From the NCBI RefSeq assembly GCF_009914755.1, contig NC_060948.1: a stretch of DNA of 64,000 bases. One strand, given 5' to 3'. The position numbers and the translations under genes are program-made. The DNA is from the human T2T-CHM13v2.0 reference genome, Homo sapiens. The notes under the pieces are model-generated. The model was not told where the DNA came from. It did not search any database and saw only the letters and a list, made by a program, of their open reading frames with translations. This document shows positions 38,553 through 57,878 of this stretch, in pieces; position 1 is the first letter of the stretch, and each line of letters opens with the position of its first letter.

Positions 38553-40650
38553 AGATCCATATTTTTTAAATGAAAAAAAATTTCAAAGGTACTCTGCTTG
38601 GTACAATAATCAAATGTATAAACTGAGGAATAAAACATAACCATGAAACCTACTTATAACTGCATATGGAAAATACAGAGGATAATTTTTTAAATAACAT
38701 ATTTTGAAAGCCTTAACTAGTAATTTGAAGAGTTGGCATTTGAAAGGCCAGTATGAATATACCTTCAAAGCAGCAACACAGGTTCCCCATGAGAAAAAGC
38801 AAACACAGGGAAAATAAAAACACAAAGGTTCAATCTCTTCTGACCTTTGAAAGACACAGCACAGACAGTGGTCCTTAGGACGAAGAGCAGGAGACCCCTA
38901 ATTCCGTCACCATGGCGATAGGGCATAAACATTGCTGGGTGAGGGCACAATCCACATTGTGAGGTCCAACTGCTGCCAGGAAGACAGGAGTGCTTTTACA
39001 TAGACCGAAAGGTCATTGAAGGCTCAGAGTTTTGTTTCAAGAACTGAATCCCAAGCCCACACGTTATTAGGCTGCGCTTCTTAAAACAAGTTATGAGATG
39101 GGAAAAAGGGCACCCACAAACATACGTATACATTATGTATATAATAATATACAGTATCATATATATAATATATATAACCTATGTATAATATTGTTTTACA
39201 TCCTGCATCCTATGTTATATATATTGTATAAAATATAATAATTGATAATATATAAGTTTTATAATTATACAATATGACATATAGTATATATTATAATTTA
39301 TGACATATATAATATATGTTATATATCATATATAGAATATATTATACGGTTAATATACGTATTAAATATAAATTATACATTATATATATTATATATAATA
39401 TATCTGTTATATATAATACCCATTATGCATAAAATATATATTATGTCTATGTTATATATAGTATAAAACAACATATAATAATATATAATTGTATATATAA
39501 AATGCGACATATAATATATATTTTATTTTATAACATATGTAATATGTATTATATATAATACGTTGTATGTATAATACCTATATTAAATATATATTATATG
39601 ACTATGTTATTAATTACATGTCACATGTGTTATATATTATATATTTTACATAGAATATACCGGTTACATACAATATATACTATGTTACCTATAATGTATA
39701 ATTTATTACATGTAAAATAAAGAATGCAATATATTATGTAAAATTTATAATATACAATATGTGGAATGTGATATATATAACATATAATATATGATATATG
39801 ATATACAGTATATGATATATAACATACAATATATGATTCCTAATATATATGGTATACAATATATATTTTATGATATGTATTCTATATGTTTTATATTCTG
39901 TTATATTTAACTATTTGAAATTATATATAACTGTATAATATTTTATGTAAATATGTAATATAATATATATAACTATATAATATATTATATATAACTATAT
40001 ATTATGTTATATATACTTTTATAACATAATTTACATAAAATATCATAATATAATATATATTATATTATTTCATATTACATAATATATATTACATATCACC
40101 CAATATAACTAACATACATAATATTATAATATAGATTATATTATGTTATATTAAATATCATATATATCATGTATCATATATTCTATAATATATATTACAC
40201 ATTATATAATATGTATGTTGTCTATTATGTGATATATATAACTATATATATAATTATATTTTTATACATATAACTAGATAAACATGTAATTCTACATGTT
40301 TTCATTTATAATATGTAGAATTATATAATCATATATAATTATTTATATTCTATAAAAAATTTTATCATTATATAAATTATAATATATAAAAATTATAATA
40401 TGTACTACAAATATATATATTATATATCATATATGATATAGTACCTTTGTTATATATCATAATACATATAAATGTGTATTATGTTATCTATAATTATATA
40501 ATTTCATATATAAGATGTATAATATGTATCATATATTATATATGTTATGTAATATATATAGTATATATCAGATGACACAGGATAAATATTATATACTATG
40601 ACATATAAAATATATGAGGTTATATGTTACATATAAGGCATAGCACATAA

Positions 40651-40965
<315 letters not shown>

Positions 40966-43063
40966 AGATCCATATTTTTTAAATGAAAAAAAATTTCAAA
41001 GGTACTCTGCTTGGTACAATAATCAAATGTATAAACTGAGGAATAAAACATAACCATGAAACCTACTTATAACTGCATATGGAAAATACAGAGGATAATT
41101 TTTTAAATAACATATTTTGAAAGCCTTAACTAGTAATTTGAAGAGTTGGCATTTGAAAGGCCAGTATGAATATACCTTCAAAGCAGCAACACAGGTTCCC
41201 CATGAGAAAAAGCAAACACAGGGAAAATAAAAACACAAAGGTTCAATCTCTTCTGACCTTTGAAAGACACAGCACAGACAGTGGTCCTTAGGACGAAGAG
41301 CAGGAGACCCCTAATTCCGTCACCATGGCGATAGGGCATAAACATTGCTGGGTGAGGGCACAATCCACATTGTGAGGTCCAACTGCTGCCAGGAAGACAG
41401 GAGTGCTTTTACATAGACCGAAAGGTCATTGAAGGCTCAGAGTTTTGTTTCAAGAACTGAATCCCAAGCCCACACGTTATTAGGCTGCGCTTCTTAAAAC
41501 AAGTTATGAGATGGGAAAAAGGGCACCCACAAACATACGTATACATTATGTATATAATAATATACAGTATCATATATATAATATATATAACCTATGTATA
41601 ATATTGTTTTACATCCTGCATCTTATGTTATATATATTGTATAAAATATAATAATTGATAATATATAAGTTTTATAATTATACAATATGACATATAGTAT
41701 ATATTATAATTTATGACATATATAATATATGTTATATATCATATATAGAATATATTATACGGTTAATATACGTATTAAATATAAATTATACATTATATAT
41801 ATTATATATAATATATCTGTTATATATAATACCCATTATGCATAATATATATATTATGTCTATGTTATATATAGTATAAAACAACATATAATAATATATA
41901 ATTGTATATATAAAATGCGACATATAATATATATTATATTTTATAACATATGTAATATGTATTATATATAATACGTTGTATGTATAATACCTATATTAAA
42001 TATATATTATATGACTATGTTATTAATTACATGTCACATGTGTTATATATTATATATTTTACATAGAATATACCGGTTACATACAATATATACTATGTTA
42101 CCTATAATGTATAATTTATTACATGTAAAATAAAGAATGCAATATATTATGTAAAATTTATAATATACAATATGTGGAATGTGATATATATAACATATAA
42201 TATATGATATATGATATACAGTATATGATATATAACATACAATATATGATTCCTAATATATATGGTATACAATATATATTTTATGATATGTATTCTATAT
42301 GTTTTATATTCTGTTATATTTAACTATTTGAAATTATATATAACTGTATAATATTTTATGTAAATATGTAATATAATATATATAACTATATAATATATTA
42401 TATATAACTATATATTATGTTATATATACTTTTATAACATAATTTACATAAAATATCATAATATAATATATATTATATTATTTCATATTACATAATATAT
42501 ATTACATATCACCCAATATAACTAACATACATAATATTATAATATAGATTATATTATGTTATATTAAATATCATATATATCATGTATCATATATTCTATA
42601 ATATATATTACACATTATATAATATGTATGTTGTCTATTATGTGATATATATAACTATATATATAATTATATTTTTATACATATAACTAGATAAACATGT
42701 AATTCTACATGTTTTCATTTATAATATGTAGAATTATATAATCATATATAATTATTTATATTCTATAAAAAATTTTATCATTATATAAATTATAATATAT
42801 AAAAATTATAATATGTACTACAAATATATATATTATATATCATATATGATATAGTACCTTTGTTATATATCATAATACATATAAATGTGTATTATGTTAT
42901 CTATAATTATATAATTTCATATATAAGATGTATAATATGTATCATATATTATATATGTTATGTAATATATATAGTATATATCAGATGACACAGGATAAAT
43001 ATTATATACTATGACATATAAAATATATGAGGTTATATGTTACATATAAGGCATAGCACATAA

Positions 43064-43378
<315 letters not shown>

Positions 43379-45476
43379 AGATCCATATTTTTTAAATGAA
43401 AAAAAATTTCAAAGGTACTCTGCTTGGTACAATAATCAAATGTATAAACTGAGGAATAAAACATAACCATGAAACCTACTTATAACTGCATATGGAAAAT
43501 ACAGAGGATAATTTTTTAAATAACATATTTTGAAAGCCTTAACTAGTAATTTGAAGAGTTGGCATTTGAAAGGCCAGTATGAATATACCTTCAAAGCAGC
43601 AACACAGGTTCCCCATGAGAAAAAGCAAACACAGGGAAAATAAAAACACAAAGGTTCAATCTCTTCTGACCTTTGAAAGACACAGCACAGACAGTGGTCC
43701 TTAGGACGAAGAGCAGGAGACCCCTAATTCCGTCACCATGGCGATAGGGCATAAACATTGCTGGGTGAGGGCACAATCCACATTGTGAGGTCCAACTGCT
43801 GCCAGGAAGACAGGAGTGCTTTTACATAGACCGAAAGGTCATTGAAGGCTCAGAGTTTTGTTTCAAGAACTGAATCCCAAGCCCACACGTTATTAGGCTG
43901 CGCTTCTTAAAACAAGTTATGAGATGGGAAAAAGGGCACCCACAAACATACGTATACATTATGTATATAATAATATACAGTATCATATATATAATATATA
44001 TAACCTATGTATAATATTGTTTTACATCCTGCATCTTATGTTATATATATTGTATAAAATATAATAATTGATAATATATAAGTTTTATAATTATACAATA
44101 TGACATATAGTATATATTATAATTTATGACATATATAATATATGTTATATATCATATATAGAATATATTATACGGTTAATATACGTATTAAATATAAATT
44201 ATACATTATATATATTATATATAATATATCTGTTATATATAATACCCATTATGCATAATATATATATTATGTCTATGTTATATATAGTATAAAACAACAT
44301 ATAATAATATATAATTGTATATATAAAATGCGACATATAATATATATTATATTTTATAACATATGTAATATATATTATATATTATATATAATACGTTGTA
44401 TGTATAATACCTATATTAAATATATATTATATGACTATGTTATTAATTACATGTCACATGTGTTATATATTATATATTTTACATAGAATATACCGGTTAC
44501 ATACAATATATACTATGTTACCTATAATGTATAATTTATTACATGTAAAATAAAGAATGCAATATATTATGTATAATTTATAATATACCATATGTGGAAT
44601 GTGATATATATAACATATAATATATGATGTACAGTATATGATATATAACATACAATATATGATTCCTAATATATATGGTATACAATATATATTTTATGAT
44701 ATGTATTCTATATGTTTTATATTCTGTTATATATAACTATTTGAAATTATATATAATTGTATAATATTTTATGTAAATATGTAATATAATATATATAACT
44801 ATATAATATATTATATATAACTATATATTATGTTATATATACTTTTATAACATAATTTACATAAAATATCATAATATAATATATATTATATTATTTCATA
44901 CTACATAATATATATTAGATATCACCCAATATAACTAACATACATAATATTATAATATACATTATATTATGTTATATTAAATATCATATATATCATGTAT
45001 CATATATTCTATAATATATATTACACATTATATAATATGTATGTTGTCTATTATGTGATATATATAACTATATATATAATTATATTTTTATACATATAAC
45101 TAGATAAACATGTAATTCTACATATTTTCATTTATAATATGTAGAATTATATAATCATATATAATTATTTATATTCTATAAAAAATTTTATCATTATATA
45201 AATTATAATATATAAAATTTATAATATGTACTACAAATATATATATTATATATCATATATGATATAGTACCTTTGTTATATATCATAATACATATAAATG
45301 TGTATTATGTTATCTATAATTATATAATTTCATATATAAGATGTATAATATGTATCATACATTATATATGTTATGTAATATATATAGTATATATAAGATG
45401 ACACAGGATAAATATTATATACTATGACATATAAAATATATGAGGTTATATGTTACATATAAGGCATAGCACATAA

Positions 45477-45791
<315 letters not shown>

Positions 45792-47896
45792 AGATCCATA
45801 TTTTTTAAATGAAAAAAAATTTCAAAGGTACTCTGCTTGGTACAATAATCAAATGTATAAACTAAGGAATAAAACATAACCATGAAACCTACTTATAACT
45901 GCATATGGAAAATACAGAGGATAATTTTTTAAATAACATATTTTGAAAGCCTTAACTAGTAATTTGAAGAGTTGGCATTTGAAAGGCCAGTATGAATATA
46001 CCTTCAAAGCAGCAACACAGGTTCCCCATGAGAAAAAGCAAACACAGGGAAAATAAAAACACAAAGGTTCAATCTCTTCTGACCTTTGAAAGACACAGCA
46101 CAGACAGTGGTCCTTAGGACGAAGAGCAGGAGACCCCTAATTCCGTCACCATGGCGATAGGGCATAAACATTGCTGGGTGAGGGCACAATCCACATTGTG
46201 AGGTCCAACTGCTGCCAGGAAGACAGGAGTGCTTTTACATAGACCGAAAGGTCATTGAAGGCTCAGAGTTTTGTTTCAAGAACTGAATCCCAAGCCCACA
46301 CGTTATTAGGCTGCGCTTCTTAAAACAAGTTATGAGATGGGAAAAAGGGCACCCACAAACATACGTATACATTATGTATATAATAATATACAGTATCATA
46401 TATATAATATATATAACCTATGTATAATATTGTTTTACATCCTGCATCTTATGTTATATATATTGTATAAAATATAATAATTGATAATATATAAGTTTTA
46501 TAATTATACAATATGACATATAGTATATATTATAATTTATGACATATATAATATATGTTATATATCATATATAGAATATATTATACGGTTAATATACGTA
46601 TTAAATATAAATTATACATTATATATATTATATATAATATATCTGTTATATATAATACCCATTATGCATAATATATATATTATGTCTATGTTATATATAG
46701 TATAAAACAACATATAATAATATATAATTGTATATATAAAATGCGACATATAATATATATTATATTTTATAACATATGTAATATATATTATATATTATAT
46801 ATAATACGTTGTATGTATAATACCTATATTAAATATATATTATATGACTATGTTATTAATTACCTGTCACATGTGTTATATATTATATATTTTACATAGA
46901 ATATACCGGTTACATACAATATATACTATGTTACCTATAATGTATAATTTATTACATGTAAAATAAAGAATGCAATATATTATGTATAATTTATAATATA
47001 CCATATGTGGAATGTGATATATATAACATATAATATATGATATATGATGTACAGTATATGATATATAACATACAATATATGATTCCTAATATATATGGTA
47101 TACAATATATATTTTATGATATGTATTCTATATGTTTTATATTCTGTTATATATAACTATTTGAAATTATATATAACTTTATAATATTTTATGTAAATAT
47201 GTAATATAATATATATAACTATATAATATATTATATATAACTATATATTATGTTATATATACTTTTATAACATAATTTACATAAAATATCATAATATAAT
47301 ATATATTATATTATTTCATATTACATAATATATATTACATATCACCCAATATAACTAACATACATAATATTATAATATACATTATATTATGTTATATTAA
47401 ATATCATATATATCATGTATCATATATTCTATAATATATATTACACATTATATAATATGTATGTTGTCTATTATATGATATATATAACTATATATATAAT
47501 TATATTTTTATACATATAACTAGATAAACATGTAATTCTACATATTTTCATTTATAATATGTAGAATTATATAATCATATATAATTATTTATATTCTATA
47601 AAAAATTTTATCATTATATAAATTATAATATATAAAAATTATAATATGTACTACAAATATATATATTATATATCATATATGATATAGTACCTTTGTTATA
47701 TATCATAATACATATAAATGTGTATTATGTTATCTATAATTATATAATTTCATATATAAGATGTATAATATGTATCATATATTATATATGTTATGTAATA
47801 TATATAGTATATATAAGATGACACAGGATAAATATTATATACTATGACATATAAAATATATGAGGTTATATGTTACATATAAGGCATAGCACATAA

Positions 47897-48211
<315 letters not shown>

Positions 48212-50316
48212 AGATCCATATTTTTTAAATGAAAAAAAATTTCAAAGGTACTCTGCTTGGTACAATAATCAAATGTATAAACTGAGGAATAAAACATAAC
48301 CATGAAACCTACTTATAACTGCATATGGAAAATACAGAGGATAATTTTTTAAATAACATATTTTGAAAGCCTTAACTAGTAATTTAAAGAGTTGGCATTT
48401 GAAAGGCCAGTATGAATATACCTTCAAAGCAGCAACACAGGTTCCCCATGAGAAAAAGCAAACACAGGGAAAATAAAAACACAAAGGTTCAATCTCTTCT
48501 GACCTTTGAAAGACACAGCACAGACAGTGGTCCTTAGGACGAAGAGCAGGAGACCCCTAATTCCGTCACCATGGCGATACGGCATAAACATTGCTGGGTG
48601 AGGGCACAATCCACATTGTGAGGTCCAACTGCTGCCAGGAAGACAGGAGTGCTTTTACATAGACCGAAAGGTCATTGAAGGCTCAGAGTTTTGTTTCAAG
48701 AACTGAATCCCAAGCCCACACGTTATTAGGCTGCGCTTCTTAAAACAAGTTATGAGATGGGAAAAAGGGCACCCACAAACATACGTATACATTATGTATA
48801 TAATAATATACAGTATCATATATATAATATATATAACCTATGTATAATATTGTTTTACATCCTGCATCTTATGTTATATATATTTTATAAAATATAATAA
48901 TTGATAATATATAAGTTTTATAATTATACAATATGACATATAGTATATATTATAATTTATGACATATATAATATATGTTATATATCATATATAGAATATA
49001 TTATACGGTTAATATACGTATTAAATATAAATTATACATTATATATATTATATATAATATATCTGTTATATATAATACCCATTATGCATAATATATATAT
49101 TATGTCTATGTTATATATAGTATAAAACAACATATAATAATATACAATTGTATATATAAAATGCGACATATAATATATATTATATTTTATAACATATGTA
49201 ATATATATTATATATTATATATAATACGTTGTATGTATAACACCTATATTAAATATATATTATATGACTATGTTATTAATTACATGTCACATGTGTTATA
49301 TATTATATATTTTACATAGAATATACCGGTTACATACAATATATACTATGTTACCTATAATGTATAATTTATTACATGTAAAATAAAGAATGCAATATAT
49401 TATGTATAATTTATAATATACCATATGTGGAATGTGATATATATAACATATAATATATGATATATGATGTACAGTATATGATATATAACATACAATATAT
49501 GATTCCTAATATATATGGTATACAATATATATTTTATGATATGTATTCTATATGTTTTATATTCTGTTATATATAACTATTTGAAATTATATATAACTGT
49601 ATAATATTTTATGTAAATATGTAATATAATATATATAACTATATAATATATTATATATAACTATATATTATGTTATATATACTTTTATAACATAATTTAC
49701 ATAAAATATCATAATATAATATATATTATATTATTTCATATTACATAATATATATTACATATCACCCAATATAACTAACATACATAATATTATAATATAC
49801 ATTATATTATGTTATATTAAATATCATATATATCATGTATCATATATTCTATAATATATATTACACATTATATAATATGCATGTTGTCTATTATGTGATA
49901 TATATAACTATATATATAATTATATTTTTATACATATAACTAGATAAACATGTAATTCTACATATTTTCATTTATAATATGTAGAATTATATAATCATAT
50001 ATAATTATTTATATTCTATAAAAAATTTTATCATTATATAAATTATAATATATAAAAATTATAATATGTACTACAAATATATATATTATATATCATATAT
50101 GATATAGTACCTTTGTTATATATCATAATACATATAAATGTGTATTATGTTATCTATAATCATATAATTTCATATATAAGATGTATAATATGTATCATAT
50201 ATTATATATGTTATGTAATATATACAGTATATATAAGATGACACAGGATAAATATTATATACTATGACATATAAAATATATGAGGTTATATGTTACATAT
50301 AAGGCATAGCACATAA

Positions 50317-50631
<315 letters not shown>

Positions 50632-52729
50632 AGATCCATATTTTTTAAATGAAAAAAAATTTCAAAGGTACTCTGCTTGGTACAATAATCAAATGTATAA
50701 ACTGAGGAATAAAACATAACCATGAAACCTACTTATAACTGCATATGGAAAATACAGAGGATAATTTTTTAAATAACATATTTTGAAAGCCTTAACTAGT
50801 AATTTGAAGAGTTGGCATTTGAAAGGCCAGTATGAATATACCTTCAAAGCAGCAACACAGGTTCCCCATGAGAAAAAGCAAACACAGGGAAAATAAAAAC
50901 ACAAAGGTTCAATCTCTTCTGACCTTTGAAAGACACAGCACAGACAGTGGTCCTTAGGACGAAGAGCAGGAGACCCCAAATTCCGTCACCATGGCGATAG
51001 GGCATAAACATTGCTGGGTGAGGGCACAATCCACATTGTGAGGTCCAACTGCTGCCAGGAAGACAGGAGTGCTTTTACATAGACCGAAAGGTCATTGAAG
51101 GCTCAGAGTTTTGTTTCAAGAACTGAATCCCAAGCCCACACGTTATTAGGCTGCGCTTCTTAAAACAAGTTATGAGATGGGAAAAAGGTCACCCACAAAC
51201 ATACGTATACATTATGTATATAATAATATACAGTATCATATATATAATATATATAACCTATGTATAATATTGTTTTACATCCTGCATCTTATGTTATATA
51301 TATTGTATAAAATATAATAATTGATAATATATAAGTTTTATAATTATACAATATGACATATAGTATATATTATAATTTATGACATATATAATATATGTTA
51401 TATATCATATATAGAATATATTATACGGTTAATATACGTATTAAATATAAATTATACATTATATATATTATATATAATATTTCTGTTATATATAATACCC
51501 ATTATGCATAATATATATATTATGTCTATGTTATATATAGTATAAAACAACATATAATAATATATAATTGTATATATAAAATGCGACATAGAATATATAT
51601 TATATTTTAAAACATATGTAATATATATTATATATAATACGTTGTATGTATAATACCTATATTAAATATATATTATATGACTATGTTATTAATTACATGT
51701 CACATGTGTTATATATTATATATTTTACATAGAATATACCGGTTACATACAATATATACTATGACACCTATAATGTATAATTTATTACATGTAAAATAAA
51801 GAATGCAATATATTATGTATAATTTATAATATACAATATGTGGAATGTGATATATATAACATATAATATATGATATATGATATACAGTATATGATATATG
51901 ACATACAATATATGATTCCTAATATATATGGTATACAATACATATTTTATGATATGTATTCTATATGTTTTATATTCTGTTACATATAACTATTGGAAAT
52001 TATATATAACTGTATAATATTTTATGTAAATATGTAATATAATATATATAACTATATAATATATTATATATAACTATATATTATGTTATATATACTTTTA
52101 TAACATAATTTACATAAAATAGCATAATATAATATATATTATATTATTTCATATTACATAATATATATTACATATCAACCAATATAACTAACATACATAA
52201 TATTATAATATAGATTATATTATGTTATATTAAATATCATATATGTCATGTATCATATATTCTATAATATATATTACACATTATATAATATGTATGTTGT
52301 CTATTATGTGATATATATAACTATATATATAATTATATTTTTATACATATAACTAGATAAACATGTAATTCTACATGTTTTCATTTATAATATGTAGAAT
52401 TATATAATCATATATAATTATTTATATTCTATAAAAAATTTTATCATTATATAAATTATAATATATAAAAATTATAATATGTACTAGAAATATATATATT
52501 ATATATCATATATGATATAGTACCTTTGTTATATTTCATAATACATATAAATGTGTATTATGTTATCTATAATTATATAATTTCATATATAAGATGTATA
52601 ATATGTATCATACATTATATATGTTATGTAATATATATAGTATATATAAGATGACACAGGATAAATATTATATACTATGACATATAAAATATATGAGGTT
52701 ATATGCTACATATAAGGCATAGCACATAA

Positions 52730-53044
<315 letters not shown>

Positions 53045-55148
53045 AGATCCATATTTTTTAAATGAAAAAAAATTTCAAAGGTACTCTGCTTGGTACAATA
53101 ATCAAATGTATAAACTGAGGAATAAAACATAACCATGAAACCTACTTATAACTGCATATGGAAAATACAGAGGATAATTTTTTAAATAACATATTTTGAA
53201 AGCCTTAACTAGTAATTTGAAGAGTTGGCATTTGAAAGGCCAGTATGAATATACCTTCAAAGCAGCAACACAGGTTCCCCATGAGAAAAAGCAAACACAG
53301 GGAAAATAAAAACACAAAGGTTCAATCTCTTCTGACCTTTGAAAGACACAGCACAGACAGTGGTCCTTAGGACAAAGAGCAGGAGACCCCTAATTCCGTC
53401 ACCATGGCGATAGGGCATAAACATTGCTGGGTGAGGGCACAATCCACATTGTGAGGTCCAACTGCTGCCAGGAAGACAGGAGTGCTTTTACATAGACCGA
53501 AAGGTCATTGAAGGCTCAGAGTTTTGTTTCAAGAACTGAATCCCAAGCCCACACGTTATTAGGCTGCGCTTCTTAAAACAAGTTATGAGATGGGAAAAAG
53601 GGCACCCACAAACATACGTATACATTATGTATATAATAATATACAGTATCATATATATAATATATATAACCTATGTATAATATTGTTTTACAACCTGCAT
53701 CTTATGTTATATATATTGTATAAAATATAATAATTGATAATGTATAAGTTTATATTTATACAATATGACATATAGTATATATTATAATTTATGACATATA
53801 TAATATATGTTATATGTCATATATAGAATATATTATACGGTTAATATACGTATTAAATATAAATTATACATTATATATATTATATATAATATATCTGTTA
53901 TATATAATACCCATTATGCATAATATATATATTATGTCTATGTTATATATAGTATAAAACAACATATAATAATATATAATTGTATATATAAAATGCGACA
54001 TATAATATATATTATATTTTATAACATATGTAATATATATTATATATTATATATAATACGTTGTATGTATAATACCTATATTAAATATATATTATATGAC
54101 TATGTTATTAATTACATGTCACATGTGTTATATATTATATATTTTACATAGAATATACCGGTTACATACAATATATACTATGTTACCTATAATGTACAAT
54201 TTATTACATGTAAAATAAAGAATGCAATATATTATGTATAATTTATAATATACCATATGTGGAATGTGATATATATAACATATAATATATGATATATGAT
54301 ATACAGTATATGATATATAACATACAATATATGATTCCTAATATATATGGTATACAATATATATTTTATGATATGTATTCTATTTGTTTTATATTCTGTT
54401 ATATATAACTATTTGAAATTATATATAACTGTATAATATTTTATGTAAATATGTAATATAATATTTATAACTATATAATATATTATATATAACTATATAT
54501 TATGTTATATATACTTTTATAACATAATTTACATAAAATATCATAATATAATATATATTATATTATTTCATATTACATAATATATATTACATATCACCCA
54601 ATATAACTAACATACATAATATTATAATATAGATTATATTGTGTTATATTAAATATCATATATATCATGTATCATATATTCTATAATATATATTACACAT
54701 TATATAATATGTATGTTGTCTATTATGTGATATATATAACTATATATATAATTATATTTTTATACATATAACTAGATAAACATGTAATTCTACATATTTT
54801 CATTTATAATATGTAGAACTATATAATCATATATAATTATTTATATTCTATAAAAAATTGTATCATTATATAAATTACAATATATAAAAATTATAATATG
54901 TACTACAAATATATATATTATATATCATATATGATATAGTACCTTTGTTATATTTCATAATACATATAAATGTGTATTATGTGATCTATAATTATATAAT
55001 TTCATATATAAGATGTATAATATGTATCATATATTATATATGTTATGTAATATATATAGTATATATAAGATGACACAGGATAAATATTATATACTATGAC
55101 ATATAAAATATATGAGGTTATATGTTACATATAAGGCATAGCACATAA

Positions 55149-55463
<315 letters not shown>

Positions 55464-57563
55464 AGATCCATATTTTTTAAATGAAAAAAAATTTCAAAGG
55501 TACTCTGCTTGGTACAATAATCAAATGTATAAACTGAGGAATAAAACATAACCATGAAACCTACTTATAACTGCATATGGAAAATACAGAGGATAATTTT
55601 TTAAATAACATATTTTGAAAGCCTTAACTAGTAATTTGAAGAGTTGGCATTTGAAAGGCCAGTATGAATATACCTTCAAAGCAGCAACACAGGTTCCCCA
55701 TGAGAAAAAGCAAACACAGGGAAAATAAAAACACAAAGGTTCAATCTCTTCTGACCTTTGAAAGACACAGCACAGACAGTGGTCCTTAGGACGAAGAGCA
55801 GGAGACCCCTAATTCCGTCACCATGGCGATAGGGCATAAACATTGCTGGGTGAGGGCACAATCCACATTGTGAGGTCCAACTGCTGCCAGGAAGACAGGA
55901 GTGCTTTTACATAGACCGAAAGGTCATTGAAGGCTCAGAGTTTTGTTTCAAGAACTGAATCCCAAGCCCACACGTTATTAGGCTGCGCTTCTTAAAACAA
56001 GTTATGAGATGGGAAAAAGGGCACCCACAAACATACGTATACATTATGTATATAATAATATACAGTATCATATATATAATATATATAACCTATGTATAAT
56101 ATTGTTTTACATCCTGCATCCTATGTTATATATATTGAATAAAATATAATAATTGATAATATATAAGTTTTATAATTATACAATATGACATATAGTATAT
56201 ATTATAATTGATGACATATATAATATATGTTATATATCATATATAGAATATATTATACGGTTAATATACGTATTAAATATAAATTATACATTATATATAT
56301 TATATATAATATATCTGTTATATATAATACCCATTATGCATAATATATATATTATGTCTATGTTATATATAGTATAAAACAACATATAATAATATATAAT
56401 TGTATATATAAAATGCGACATATAATATATATTATATTTTATAACATATGTAATATACATTATATATAATACGTTGTATGTATAATACCTATATTAAATA
56501 TATATTATATGACTATGTTATTAATTACATGTCACATGTGTTATATATTATATATTTTACATGGAATATACCGGTTACATACAATATATACTATGTTACC
56601 TATACTGTATAATTTATTACATGTAAAATAAAGAATGCAATATATTATGTATAATTTATAATATACAATATGTGGAATGTGATATATGTAACATATAATA
56701 TATGATATATGATATACAGTATATGATATATAACATACAATATATGATTCCTAATATATATGGTATACAATATATATTTTATGATATGTATTCTATATGT
56801 TTTATATTCTGTTATATATAACTATTTGAAATTATATATAACTGTATAATATTTTATGTAAATATGTAATATAATATATATAACTATATAATATATTATA
56901 TATTACTATATATTATGTTATATATACTTTTATAACATAATTTACATAAAATATCATAATATAATATATATTATATTATTTGATATTACATAATATATAT
57001 TACATATCACCCAATATAACTAACATACATAATATTATAATATAGATTATATTATGTTATATTAAATATCATATATATCATGTATCATATATTCTATAAT
57101 ATATATTACACATTATATAATATGTATGTTGTCTATTATGTGATATATATAACTATATATATAATTATATTTTTATACATATAACTAGATAAACATGTAA
57201 TTCTACATATTTTCATTTATAATATGTAGAATTATATAATCATATATAATTATTTATATTCTATAAAAAATTTTATCATTATATAAATTATAATATATAA
57301 AAATTATAATATGTACTACAAATATATATATATTGTATATCATATATGATATAGTACCTTTGTTATATATCATAATACATATAAATGTGTATTATATTAT
57401 CTATAATTATATAATTTCATATATAAGATGTATAATATGTATCATATATTATATATGTTATGTAATATATATAGTATATATAAGATGACACAGGATAAAT
57501 ATTATATACTATGACATATAAAATATATGAGGTTATATGTTACATATAAGGCATAGCACATAA

Positions 57564-57878
<315 letters not shown>

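Noticed and set aside
50689-50979. Extended 96-aa ORF in U21/U22
   Set aside because: Produced by one private substitution (CCCCTAA>CCCCAAA) in a diverged monomer; no other coding evidence.
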